Shown here piece after piece: positions 12,001 to 17,106 of a stretch of DNA of 64,000 nucleotides (the stretch's first letter is position 1; each line of letters starts with the position of its first letter). The stretch lies in assembly GCA_043802485.1 (NCBI GenBank), contig JAZDKZ010000007.1, positions 1-64,000 of the forward strand, written 5' to 3'. A model generated the notes under the pieces. That model did not search any database. It was not told the DNA's origin and was given only the letters and a program-made list of their open reading frames with translations. Position numbers and translations under genes: made by a program. The DNA comes from Candidatus Aenigmatarchaeota archaeon (GTDB taxonomy: Archaea > Aenigmatarchaeota > Aenigmatarchaeia > Aenigmatarchaeales > Aenigmatarchaeaceae).

Positions 12001-15000
12001 CTTTCTGCCGGACCTAAGCCCGACTTCATCGTAGCTGGTTCCATCCACTAGGCCAAGACCCCAGTCATTGTCAAACCAGACGTTCGGTTCTGATGTAACA
12101 GCCAACGCATCTTTAAAGTCTTTGTCGCACCATATCCTGTCCCATATGTCAGTCGGATATGACGGCGCTGACGGACAGGTGCCTGTGGCGATATTTGTAC
12201 AACAGCAAGTTCCTGACGAACAACCGTCCTGGCCTATGGATGTGCCTGAGCATGAAACTGTCGAAGTCTGGGTTGTTTGTGTAGTTGCTCTAATTGTAGT
12301 ATCGCTTCCATCTTTTCGTATTGTGTATTGGTCGCCTCCCCACTTGACTGTAATAACACCGCTTCCCCAATCAGAAACAAGATAGGGGCTGTCAAACAAC
12401 TTGTAGGAAAATGAATCACCGTCTATGGTATATTTTGTGGGCGACGTTATTGTCTCGCCAAAGGTATTCACATAGGTGACCCTGTCGCCTGAGGCCGAGA
12501 CTGCATTATTCTTGATGTCTGCCTTGAACTCGCTGAAGGATTTGCCGTAATCGTCAGCATCCCTCATCTCAACGATTATCCTGCCATTTGATAACGGATT
12601 GCTGACTGCAACAAAAGTCTTGCCTTCTTGGACGAATGTCCAGCCACTCTCCGTGGCCTTTGTAACGCCAACATAGTTTATTTGCTCGTTTCTGGATGTT
12701 ATCAGAACGTTCCTATATTGTACTGCATCGGTCTCGTCATAGAAGTATTCATCGAACTCGTCACCGCTGAATATAACCTTTCTCGGGGATGTATCAAAGC
12801 TGATATCCCAGATGTGCGACCTGGCTCCGGTATTCGTCGTGCTTTCCATCAATGAATCGCGATAATCACCTTGAGCTGTGGCCAAGACAGCGTGAGGTGT
12901 CACATAATAATAGGTGGGTGCTATGTCACGCCTTGACTCAAGTACAAAGGGTTGTTTGTTTCCATTGGCTATGTCCTTTACTATCTGTGGCACCTCGTAG
13001 GATGAATACCAAGCGAATATGTTTATGAAAGGCGTGCTTCCTCCATAATCAGCAGGCGTGTCAAAATAAACTTGGGAAATTCTGTAAACATAGTCAGCGC
13101 TCTGGTCAACAACATGAATTCCGTAATACCTGTAGAAGGGTCCACCACGTATACCATTAACATTAATTAAAGCATGCTCGGCAAGCAGCATGTCCAGCAC
13201 AGCCTCTGCTTTTTTCCTTAGGGTCGGGCTGTCAGCAAAATCGTACAGGTTCCATAGAACTCTGAACTCTGAACCCATATAGGTCGGAGAGTTCAGCTCA
13301 TAGTAATGTCCCTCTAGCCTGTCATCAAGGAAGTTAATCAACCATGCCTCGTTTTGACTATTGCTGCCACCTGTTATCATGTTTCCGAAATAACCTGCAG
13401 AAACTATCATGGCGTTATGATTCTCGGAATAACCAAAATTGGGGTCTTCTGTCATCGGGGTTCCAGCCCTGTTGGAAAGCACGTTCTTCATGTTGTTTTC
13501 AGCGGCTGCTGTCAGTTTGCCGGTTCCCTTGAACTGGAAATAGGCACGTATAATGAATGTGGTGACAAAATCCCAGTCATGGGAAGCACTGTTGGCTTCT
13601 CCCCAGGGATGAGGATATTTCTTATTGCTTGTTGTTCCATACTTGTCTGTTCCACGCACATCGGTTGTCTGCTCTAACCAATCGTTTGCCTCATCAACCC
13701 TGTGATTCAGATAAAGTCTTGCTGTTGCAGCCATGGTATTCCTTTCCCACCATTCCGATTCAGCAATAGAATTAGTATCCCAGTCAGCAATGTCCTGCAA
13801 TATCCCGGAGGTCTGAACAGTAACGCTATCTCCAGCACACTCTCCAGAAGCAAAGTCCCTGTCATTGCAGGCCTGTTCGCACTGAGAAATTACCGCAGGC
13901 TCCTCATAACTGAAGGAAAGCCTTGCAATACCCGTGTTCTCGTAATAGTCAATCCTTATGTCGTGATAGCCCTGTTCAAGTTGAACTTCAACTGTTTTCT
14001 CTTCATAGTTTCCATTCTCCCAATTGTCCAATCTGACGATCCCGTCAATCCACATCTTAACTCCGTCATCCGAACCGACGGTGAAGGTATACATGCCTTC
14101 TTTTGGCAAATAGACCTGCCTGCCTGACCTTAGACCGACATTGTCCGAACCGGTACCGCCCAATGAACCCAGGCCCCAGTTGTCGTTGAACTCCAGGGTT
14201 GATTTTGAAGTTGCACCAAGTTTATTGTTGAAGCCCTTATCGCACCAAACCCTGTCCCAACTGCCTGTTGGATAGGACGGTTCGGAAGGGCATGCGCCTG
14301 TTGTTGTCTCTTTGCATGTACCGTCGGAAAGACAAGTATACCCAGAAAGGCATCCACACTGCTGGCAATTATTGATTAAGGTTCCGCTGCTGCAGTATTT
14401 TGGCTTAGTTGATGAGCATGAGTTGTAAGATGTTCCGTCGGAACATTTTTGTGGTTGTATGACATCAAATATTGCCTTGATGTCACCGCTTGCCTGAGCT
14501 GTAAATGTTACGGGATTGGATGATATAGACGGTGCTCCTCCACTGGGCTGGAATCTTTGGAAAGAGTAGCCAGAAGACGGTGTTGCACTTATTGTTACAG
14601 AAGAGCCTTGGTTAACAGTTATGGATGATAGTGATGTTGTGCACTGGCCATTAATACACATGGTTCCAGAGCCTTGCCCTACTCCGAATGAGTATGTAAC
14701 CTGATTCGTGGCGAATATTGCCTTGATGTCACCGCTTGCCTGAGCTGTAAATGTTACGGGATTGGATGATATAGACGGTGCTCCTCCACTGGGCTGGAAT
14801 CTTTGGAAAGAGTAGCCAGAAGACGGTGTTGCACTTATTGTTACAGAAGAACCCTTGCTGACTGTTATGGATGACGTGCCACTAGTACACTGACTATTGA
14901 TGCACATGCTTCCTGAACCTTGTCCTACTCCAAAAGTGTAGGTTATTAAACCACCGCTACAGCCAGAGACACCACACGTACCTCCAGTAGGAACAGAACA

Positions 15001-15459
15001 ATAACCAGGAACACCTACTGACCAACCTGAATGCGCATCACAGTAGATGTTGTAATAACAGGTGCTGCCTGTTTGGCAATATCCATTATCACATGTACCT
15101 GTTGTCACACAATTACAGTTTAAAGTTCCTGCAGTAGTATCTTCACGGTATCCGCATTTGTCATAGTAACAATAACCGTTATTGGTACCGCCTATGCACT
15201 GGACAGACGCAGGATTTGTGAGCGAGCAGTGGGCTCCGCACAGGCTTGCCTTGCAAGTGCATGCGCCAAAGCTGCAACTACTTCCTACACAGTCTCCTGG
15301 ACAGTATGTCATGGTCCATCCAGCTTCTGTGCTGCACTTTCCCGGGCATTCTGAATCAGATGTACAGGAATCTGCCGCATCCGCTCGCCAAGTTTCTGAG
15401 AAGCTAAAAAGAAACAGAAAAAGGATTAAAACTATTAGGAAAGACTTTCTGCTAATCAT
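1..15459 (-). CDS. Giant secreted multi-domain carbohydrate-active surface protein, at least 5,153 aa, 3' end beyond window start
   Basis: Manual translation: ATG at 15459 (ATGA overlap with the upstream stop), signal peptide MISRKSFLIVLILFLFLFSFS. The frame stays open to position 1 (...SYQVECNDPLGP). The ORF track lists no closed minus-strand ORF in this frame, consistent with no internal stop. Confidence 0.95.
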   Translation of the reverse strand, partial: MISRKSFLIVLILFLFLFSFSETWRADAADSCTSDSECPGKCSTEAGWTMTYCPGDCVGSSCSFGACTCKASLCGAHCSLTNPASVQCIGGTNNGYCYYDKCGYREDTTAGTLNCNCVTTGTCDNGYCQTGSTCYYNIYCDAHSGWSVGVPGYCSVPTGGTCGVSGCSGGLITYTFGVGQGSGSMCINSQCTSGTSSITVSKGSSVTISATPSSGYSFQRFQPSGGAPSISSNPVTFTAQASGDIKAIFATNQVTYSFGVGQGSGTMCINGQCTTSLSSITVNQGSSVTISATPSSGYSFQRFQPSGGAPSISSNPVTFTAQASGDIKAIFDVIQPQKCSDGTSYNSCSSTKPKYCSSGTLINNCQQCGCLSGYTCLSDGTCKETTTGACPSEPSYPTGSWDRVWCDKGFNNKLGATSKSTLEFNDNWGLGSLGGTGSDNVGLRSGRQVYLPKEGMYTFTVGSDDGVKMWIDGIVRLDNWENGNYEEKTVEVQLEQGYHDIRIDYYENTGIARLSFSYEEPAVISQCEQACNDRDFASGECAGDSVTVQTSGILQDIADWDTNSIAESEWWERNTMAATARLYLNHRVDEANDWLEQTTDVRGTDKYGTTSNKKYPHPWGEANSASHDWDFVTTFIIRAYFQFKGTGKLTAAAENNMKNVLSNRAGTPMTEDPNFGYSENHNAMIVSAGYFGNMITGGSNSQNEAWLINFLDDRLEGHYYELNSPTYMGSEFRVLWNLYDFADSPTLRKKAEAVLDMLLAEHALINVNGIRGGPFYRYYGIHVVDQSADYVYRISQVYFDTPADYGGSTPFINIFAWYSSYEVPQIVKDIANGNKQPFVLESRRDIAPTYYYVTPHAVLATAQGDYRDSLMESTTNTGARSHIWDISFDTSPRKVIFSGDEFDEYFYDETDAVQYRNVLITSRNEQINYVGVTKATESGWTFVQEGKTFVAVSNPLSNGRIIVEMRDADDYGKSFSEFKADIKNNAVSASGDRVTYVNTFGETITSPTKYTIDGDSFSYKLFDSPYLVSDWGSGVITVKWGGDQYTIRKDGSDTTIRATTQTTQTSTVSCSGTSIGQDGCSSGTCCCTNIATGTCPSAPSYPTDIWDRIWCDKDFKDALAVTSEPNVWFDNDWGLGLVDGTSYDEVGLRSGRKIYFQPGTYTFTVGSDDGVRVWIDGQKNLDSWGDRNYKTDTFNAYMTAGYHDIRIDYYENGWSARLSFSYTSYTSSCNKQCFDQGYTSGECVDETGTNSSEGGFGVYANYYSESSSYEPDLWTLLDYMGTDRLNGAPRREWADQAAEHGVKIKIGLGSCHTPDNCNSWYDNITAMKAHIDGYNLAQYKDHPGVWGYDLCDEPFNNHDAATDNLVEVLRWGAQYIKSIDPTHPVTIQLDSAGAYYEDPQGDYIELRKDWINRFIDVVDVLSYSYFNIEVFSSSEDNFRERLIKNLDQVLIPASQGKPIEIAAGLPTEDYKLWDGRILTFTEQQQADYFRILGEETKKRNIFVNIYVLFENQWSTERFGLFRPEVVNGMNKPKLAAGLVKEYLSLESLPTSSNEGGSSTGPSSAVLHVCDTKLCDASGNVVYLKGAQVDRNERRNEQDHSYGADSPEQTWFTETDVQTMKANGANYFEVHLILLKDVMPTKNIVDTEYLENWLDVYVDWASQNNMYVVLGMGGFSSGASYTVPYWVWQGSYSSLSSQTVIDFFDTDVSKMDSSRQAFINAWVALANRYKNNPYVLFSIMNEPLAGEYIDDVGMNRHLGHTYSELMENVVDAIHATGAKNIIIIDKPYVTRTPSTTGSGLALYYNNVQPVNRDGVVWEDHSYITKRHDFDSWSNWIDTFVPRLVDTFGKPLIIGEYGFDPQEYGKEAYPTTWRTQLQNQVDYMDSKELAGRQWHHWGALEGEYYDWYYDYTEGKDWYTASESQDIMDIVLGGEIVTSELVNSPSEWKFIAGSGGAGSINTFMPEDIAQHVMGLGANGIYTGVYTDLWGNPLPIQKNGLSQTEHKQRYAKEIHRLGGLVYMQNYPWTFKLDTDWDVHVIKQTEVIYNTNGMQDTYIEWSKGAIVGGYWDGTYVEGLNPDIIQIMNEVKGSNENSYATADFWDKYITFCNRFMAEISQVKPNAVFSVSSVPFWDLNEIAEHAHRFNVPSGSRLYFSFHYYYELWNSVPPSWEEGNVAYWNDGNPLTQEKREEAKNIAYNQYLYDSGVKSLLDKGKIVVWDEVGTHIDNPNIEAFIRDVEEFSETYGVGTSWLNNAEVDGVWNHMPGQLWDHGTWNLNRLGEIWSQTIAVESQITTGTQSSCSGTSIGQDGCSSGQCCCSGIITNICPSEPSYPADRWDRVWCDDDFNEKLADNPDESSIQFDNNWGTSQLITGYSDYIGFMSGRSLNLPTTGTYSFTVGSDDGVRIWIDGQLKLDKWSDRSYATDTFDAYLSQGYHNVRIDYYENGGDAQVSFSYVEPMQSCNEECVDRGFGSGECLSGGSSSSGEGFGINWKNFDEYRPDFWTLAKSIGVTRVRMSPGNMLERANTARDNGMQIMFTLGGAMYESEYDSQTYFHSKEQMKAYIDSKNLDDLIGHEGIWGYDICNEPCMDPDFPEDKCNNLIEVLNYGLQYIKQKDPTHKVTVGLSWKYYGEDSAGYYIQDRKNWISRFIDNVDVLDMHIYLEDYNSNEFYNNLPKMRERLITDLDEILIPASKGKPIQISETGCPTESYTNWNNVVLTFSEEQQADYFRIFGEETKKRNIFVYVYMDKDGPKAWGWYEGRINWGIFRYEDADGNGWDDPKIAAGLVDEYLSLGASTQTPTEATTEECDSSLYLTGLGDDYLIYYNDGEPEVWDQSWIQTRFEKYNVNAVRLGFFFPDAPGAQTYGGSIYDEAKMKKVLEIISSYGAKGILLLQNNGLSCKNYAGSWAWVNNWKALAQQYKDDDRVAAFAIFGEPAHDAGSETWVGYDTWALDGPVGPITDRTKLQQAFAYLIDEIHKIDPNRVVIYPMGQFSYVDANEWYNELQSLGITNKPNVIFDIVHPYLFENSWDMGLTPEGKAHWYETKWVKPAVELFGAERCWSGETFAWKTDNTMAPGDGTGGKTSTDALQVRFLTEMINIFVENKVGFQVWAYWSSNGQSLQNQALEASKYYLLTDEDIEECQPSTSYPTTPGTSQPTCSIGESIGPDGCSSGLCCCYDTGIEPENKCESECNELGFGSWDCVADSSGSLTTSGGTSTSYNQDIGSYNNVIYAASGSNTDIQQAVNQANPGDAVVIPAGTYAFDAASPWTSVKVPAGISIFGSYDGDWKTVLTMNYDAGDWTAWFEFSGTSSYITRFSGIKMVGYRDIDPSNTRATQEGIIINDNSEYRIDHCYFRNIIGTATVQFQRARGVVDHNIFENDPYNFIGGWDENSVHYAIVTSGANSWEDDISSIAGKYTHRTVFVEDNYFSGYFDACSSNNGAHKVFRYNTVVNTYVAVNNHDNTATGLGSRLQEVYGNTITRSDNKFAIQNEAGASIVFDNEGIGYSSPTDVSGDWEGLVILRQGTPDEFDTKYQTHDCYIWDNIMTPEGDMVEVKTGVTGTGSNREGSNPITLNVDYFLRAPNQAQDGWTYTPYPYPHPLVNDGQSLGTTSSPTATTISIAGPTNKYYTTSSIPLQISSDGTVNWNIYDGVNWLYSSNKAYAPGMTMNLENGEYELHVYGKGIEKTVVFGVNTRNIGALYATGGSNTAIQAAVNNAKDGYAVYLPAGTYVFDSAPPLGKVNVPAGVSIYGAPALRDTTGHVTAWSTTLTWSHTAGNGSLWFEYSGSSSYLTRFTGIKMVGEREAKPSTPDMTSGIQITSGTAEYRFDHVNMRNLAGFGITVWGHNRGVIDHCEFTNYPAYLNIVPKGWDGLTAWYALNIASRTGVWDDVSDLAGQYTIKTWVVEDNYFVNWFSPVTISAAAHAVVRYNTMINGMLHNHQTGPSPVGGQFMEVYNNIITIDRSLSNSVIDIGIQDCCGGMIIFNNINNGYGVPNNDPSTDYNGFIQLRQYNPDSNPQYQVHDVWIYDNTLVPSTADLFDVHYPEIGSNPITLNVDYFLRAPTLGQDGFTYTPYPYPHPLVDDVTTSSTCSGVSIGQDGCSSGICCCSGEQLCSYGDMRYYTCHDGSQVDWCMCEYNQWNCITSPEIQCQQAQTCPSEPSYPNDRWNRVWCDDTFTDKIAETTESRLQFNSDWGIEPLFGNYYDHVGFRSGRTINFPTTGTYTFTLGSDDGVRVWIDGQLKLDKWIKRSYTEDTFTADLAAGNHLVRIDYYEDWISARIKFSYTEPAAVQECSDGTSFGQCSSTKPRYCSQGTLINKCSQCGCPSGYECQSDGSCKTPTTASCDQTCKNQLGSSYSGECVFGTGGGGGGDFDTSSIIWEDDFDEEPLYVNTDPYPLNNGNTEHYGAPHWTIVGQVTQQGGGYMPELVEAHGRQCLKCTAEAPADGSTNGRSQVMLRLDENSNLGKQGYGKLTEIWERKDIYLPLDYNLGVRTSTGSNGGWDMFSDYYIIDSVSGLKGNAGALYIIMRNGQPHLWFASGGESVTSEKSLPKGQWLTIKHYRTIHPSNGVFKAWVNGELWIDFVGNTAQFKYRDENNQVQRTNGNYYTGITCKSYIGEDELYTVTKYIDNWVVSTEEIPDDYVVGQPYTGGGTQPTCTGTEIYNGECSSGVCCCSGYIEPETCDEKCKLQSFASGECAGWTSGGSEEIEIPKQSDWVEKGVALSEGSGGSWDVRLDGMLSPTTVVKKDGKYFLYYIGADGDRSTDGGPRHRALGVATSTDGIHFTKYSGNPIITYLPHNNEEEGIFSAGATLENGDVVLYYGAMDAGSSTSESVDSDVRLAVSSDGYNFNDYGDVLSHSDSSVWGYGDELFPLGTFRANNKWYVCYTAKGYNAGWDLGLASGSSKDGLTITKGILTPSEYGACEPSWLSSDKLALFIRNRVAHTTEVRTALKSSLDQLSSPVETYDFGNMKEVTVFLDRDAGKWFMYYLNDAGDEIRVKTASFDTGGGSSQTTCSGTSIGQDGCSSGLCCCSQTQGGCTPGNSIIEETAYPSGQCSSTSTLKWSHSNCGDGVCKQGSCVDIDAELTYTAPSGKKARSDSITIPYTIRNTGETQWCFLTEMALEKVDGSGEWRHEFNSLSTGNSASDSVSYQVECNDPLGP
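480..1350 (-). other. Five-bladed beta-propeller glycoside hydrolase-like module (GH43/32/130-type), boundaries approximate
   Basis: GSWDVRLDGMLSPTTVVKKDGKYFLYYIG...ALGVATSTDGIHFTKYSGNPII; LAVSSDGYNF. Confidence 0.8.
1545..2360 (-). other. Concanavalin-A-like jelly-roll / polysaccharide-lyase-like module, boundaries approximate
   Basis: IWEDDFDE start; LPKGQWLTI...NGVFKAWVNGELWIDFVGNT; YIDNWVVS end. Confidence 0.6.
2626..3012 (-). other. PA14 domain 4 of giant protein
   Basis: GTYTFTLGSDDGVRVWIDG...NHLVRIDYYED. Confidence 0.9.
3235..4380 (-). other. Right-handed parallel beta-helix module 2, boundaries approximate
   Basis: IQAAVNNAKDGYAVYLPAGTY cap, same rung pattern and the same GSNPITLNVDYFLRAP...TYTPYPYPHPLV ending as module 1. 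Confidence 0.85.
4668..5790 (-). other. Right-handed parallel beta-helix module 1 (pectate-lyase-like), boundaries approximate
   Basis: IQQAVNQANPGDAVVIPAGTY cap, RIDHCYF / VVDHNIF / VEDNYF / VFRYNT rungs, ending YTPYPYPHPL. Confidence 0.85.
6070..7035 (-). other. GH5-like module, boundaries approximate
   Basis: NAVRLGF, WKALAQQYKDDDRVAAFAIFGEP, IHKIDPNRVVI, DIVHPY, WSGETF. Confidence 0.75.
7092..8010 (-). other. Clan GH-A TIM-barrel module A2 (paralog of A1, both catalytic Glu present), boundaries approximate
   Basis: WGYDICNEP, LDMHIY, KPIQISETG; shares EQQADYFRI.GEETKKRNIFV and K.AAGLV.EYLSL with module A1. Confidence 0.8.
8104..8493 (-). other. PA14 domain 3 of giant protein
   Basis: GTYSFTVGSDDGVRIWIDG...GYHNVRIDYYENGG. 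Confidence 0.9.
8610..9630 (-). other. Divergent GH5-like (clan GH-A) module, boundaries approximate
   Basis: IQIMNEV, FSFHYY, IVVWDEVG motifs. Confidence 0.7.
9690..10770 (-). other. GH5-like module, boundaries approximate
   Basis: LHVCDTKLCDASGNVVYLKG start, SIMNEP (Glu 10237-10239), EDHSY, PLIIGEYG (Glu 9898-9900). Confidence 0.85.
10830..11700 (-). other. Clan GH-A TIM-barrel module A1 (nucleophile Glu appears missing), boundaries approximate
   Basis: WGYDLCDEP acid/base motif; KPIEIAAGLPT where the paralog has KPIQISETGCPT. Confidence 0.75.
11794..12177 (-). other. PA14 domain 2 of giant protein
   Basis: GTYTFTVGSDDGVRVWIDG...GYHDIRIDYYENG. Confidence 0.9.
12300..13800 (-). other. Putative alpha/alpha plus beta-sandwich glycan-active module (heparinase II/III-like?), boundaries approximate
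   Basis: Motifs YSENHNAMI, YELNSPTY, LWNLYDFADSPTLRKKAEAVLDMLLAEHA, GIRGGPFYRYY; family assignment is inference. Confidence 0.45.
13906..14292 (-). other. PA14 domain 1 of giant protein
   Basis: CPSEPSYP..WDRVWCD...YTFTVGSDDGVKMWIDG...HDIRIDYYEN..ARLSFSY, the PA14 SDDG/YYE signature. Confidence 0.9.
14468..14850 (-). repeat. Tandem 82-aa beta-rich repeat (InlB-B-repeat-like) with a 137-bp identical DNA duplication
   Basis: 14468-14604 is identical to 14714-14850 (offset 246 bp). Encodes SSVTISATPSSGYSFQRFQPSGGAPSISSNPVTFTAQASGDIKAIF twice. Confidence 0.9.
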
Positions 15460-15881
15460 GGCATATCACTTGGCAGAGTCATGGGTGGTGAGTCTGGAGG
15501 CATTTCCTCTGAATCAGTCATAACCATGCCGCACATGCAAATGTCCCTACACTGCTCCTCGTCTGCACTGTAATGGCACTTGCAGAGCATGTACAGGTTG
15601 TCCTGTGAAGTACCGCCCTTTTCCATGCACCCGTCTATGGCAATGCCCGGATCAAGAGAACCGTCCTTGTCAGCGTCAAAGTTGTCTATGACGACAAAAT
15701 TAACGTCATTCCTGCAATTGCCCAGAAGGCGCTTGCAGCTGCTTGATTTTACAGCCTCCAGGCTTATGACACCAGAAATATTGAACCAACTACCGTAGAA
15801 CAAGCCAACTACAGATAGGAGAACTATGGCAGCCACTACAACTATTACCAAAACGCTTATTGGGAGCTCGATACCTTTCAT
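15456..15881 (-). CDS. Class III signal peptide (pilin-like) Cys-rich protein
   Basis: MKG-IELPISVLVIVVVAAIVLL N-terminus; DADKDGSLD Ca-loop-like motif; several Cys; stop overlaps the giant ORF start. Confidence 0.75.
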   Translation of the reverse strand: MKGIELPISVLVIVVVAAIVLLSVVGLFYGSWFNISGVISLEAVKSSSCKRLLGNCRNDVNFVVIDNFDADKDGSLDPGIAIDGCMEKGGTSQDNLYMLCKCHYSADEEQCRDICMCGMVMTDSEEMPPDSPPMTLPSDMP

Positions 15882-15957
15882 TAAAATCGTTACAAAAAAC
15901 TAATGAAACTATTTTTTATAATAATAGTTTCAGAAAGCACCATATAAAACTAACGAA

Positions 15958-17106
15958 TCACTTCTCGAGGAGAATTATGCTCTCCCTGACCTGGCCGACC
16001 TTGATAGTTCTTGCTCTTGTGCACCAGGAGTTCCTTGCGACCAACACTTCCCTTACAACAAAGCCTATCTTTTCGGCAAGCTCGGCAGTTATCCTGTCGC
16101 ACTCGATGGCACGGTCAGGATAGCATCCCCCACCTATAACTATGGCCAGCTTTGCTCCATCCTTGCAGACTCTGTGTAACTCCCGGAGAACATCATTAAT
16201 GTCGCTGAAATAGGCCTTGGCTGTCAAGGGAAAATCTTCACCCAGTTCTTTTCCCATCTTGTCAATATTCGAACCAATGTACGACCTAACCCTGCTTTCA
16301 GGAAAGTCAAAGAAAAGGCTGGTCTCTATGTTGTAGATTTTAGAATATTCTATCTTGTTCAAGTAAGGTGGAGAGGTTATGACAGCGTCAACTGTATTAT
16401 CATCAATATCGAGCTTTCTCGAATCACCCAGATTGACTGTTGTTTCAACAGGATTTATCTCAGACCTTTTCAAGTCCTTGAACATCTTCTTTACCTTATA
16501 TTTGAAGAACTTTTTCAGCGGAGGCTTGCCCCTCTTCTGTATCTTGACAACAGCGCCGTCTTTCATGGTCCAGCTAGACTTTATGGCAGAATCAACCAAT
16601 GCTAACAGAAGAAAGTCTCTGGAGTATTCATCTTCAACCTCTAGAATCTTTTTCTTGTAGAACATGGTATCCTGGAGTGTGTATTTCGAGAAAACCTTCC
16701 TTATGTACTTGTCGTTCGGAATTCTGTCAGGCCTCTCAAACCTCCAAGATATCGCAGTGTCAATATCCTGCTTCAGCTTTTCCAAGTCGTAATCCCTTGT
16801 TTTTACTTTGGAGACAAAAACGAAAAACGGAGAAACGTCAAAACTGATAGATTTGATGCCTCTTTGCTTACAGGAGAGAGGAACCGTACCCGAACCGCAG
16901 AAAGGTTCTAACACTAGTGACTTGTTATTAAGGTTGAATTTGTCAATGAAAACATCAACCAACTGTTTGGAGAAGCCTTCCTTGAAATAGTACCAGTTAT
17001 GTATCGGCTCAATCTTGTTAGGAATGTATGTCACGAGTTCCTTTAGCTCAAGCGCTTCGGTGAATTTTATCATAGAATCATAACTTTTTTTCCAAATAAT
17101 AAACAT
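15958..17106 (-). CDS. DNA amino-methyltransferase (N4-C/N6-A), apparently orphan
   Basis: SAM-binding EPFCGSGT followed by catalytic TSPPY; no adjacent restriction enzyme recognised. Confidence 0.9.
   Translation of the reverse strand: MFIIWKKSYDSMIKFTEALELKELVTYIPNKIEPIHNWYYFKEGFSKQLVDVFIDKFNLNNKSLVLEPFCGSGTVPLSCKQRGIKSISFDVSPFFVFVSKVKTRDYDLEKLKQDIDTAISWRFERPDRIPNDKYIRKVFSKYTLQDTMFYKKKILEVEDEYSRDFLLLALVDSAIKSSWTMKDGAVVKIQKRGKPPLKKFFKYKVKKMFKDLKRSEINPVETTVNLGDSRKLDIDDNTVDAVITSPPYLNKIEYSKIYNIETSLFFDFPESRVRSYIGSNIDKMGKELGEDFPLTAKAYFSDINDVLRELHRVCKDGAKLAIVIGGGCYPDRAIECDRITAELAEKIGFVVREVLVARNSWCTRARTIKVGQVRESIILLEK

Noticed and set aside
410..12240. Recurring 20-bp repeat as a possible CRISPR array
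   Set aside because: Copies are kilobases apart, in-frame and coding; no spacers or cas genes.
14468..14850. Repeat pair as a DGR template/variable repeat
   Set aside because: The copies are identical with no adenine-specific mismatches, both are coding, and no reverse transcriptase is in the window.
1..15459. Stop-codon recoding or an alternative genetic code to explain the apparent ORF gap
   Set aside because: The frame has no internal stop under the standard code; it is absent from the track only because it runs off the window edge.
56..15523. Dozens of short plus- and minus-strand ORFs in the track
   Set aside because: They are shadows of the giant minus-strand ORF, which has coherent domains throughout.
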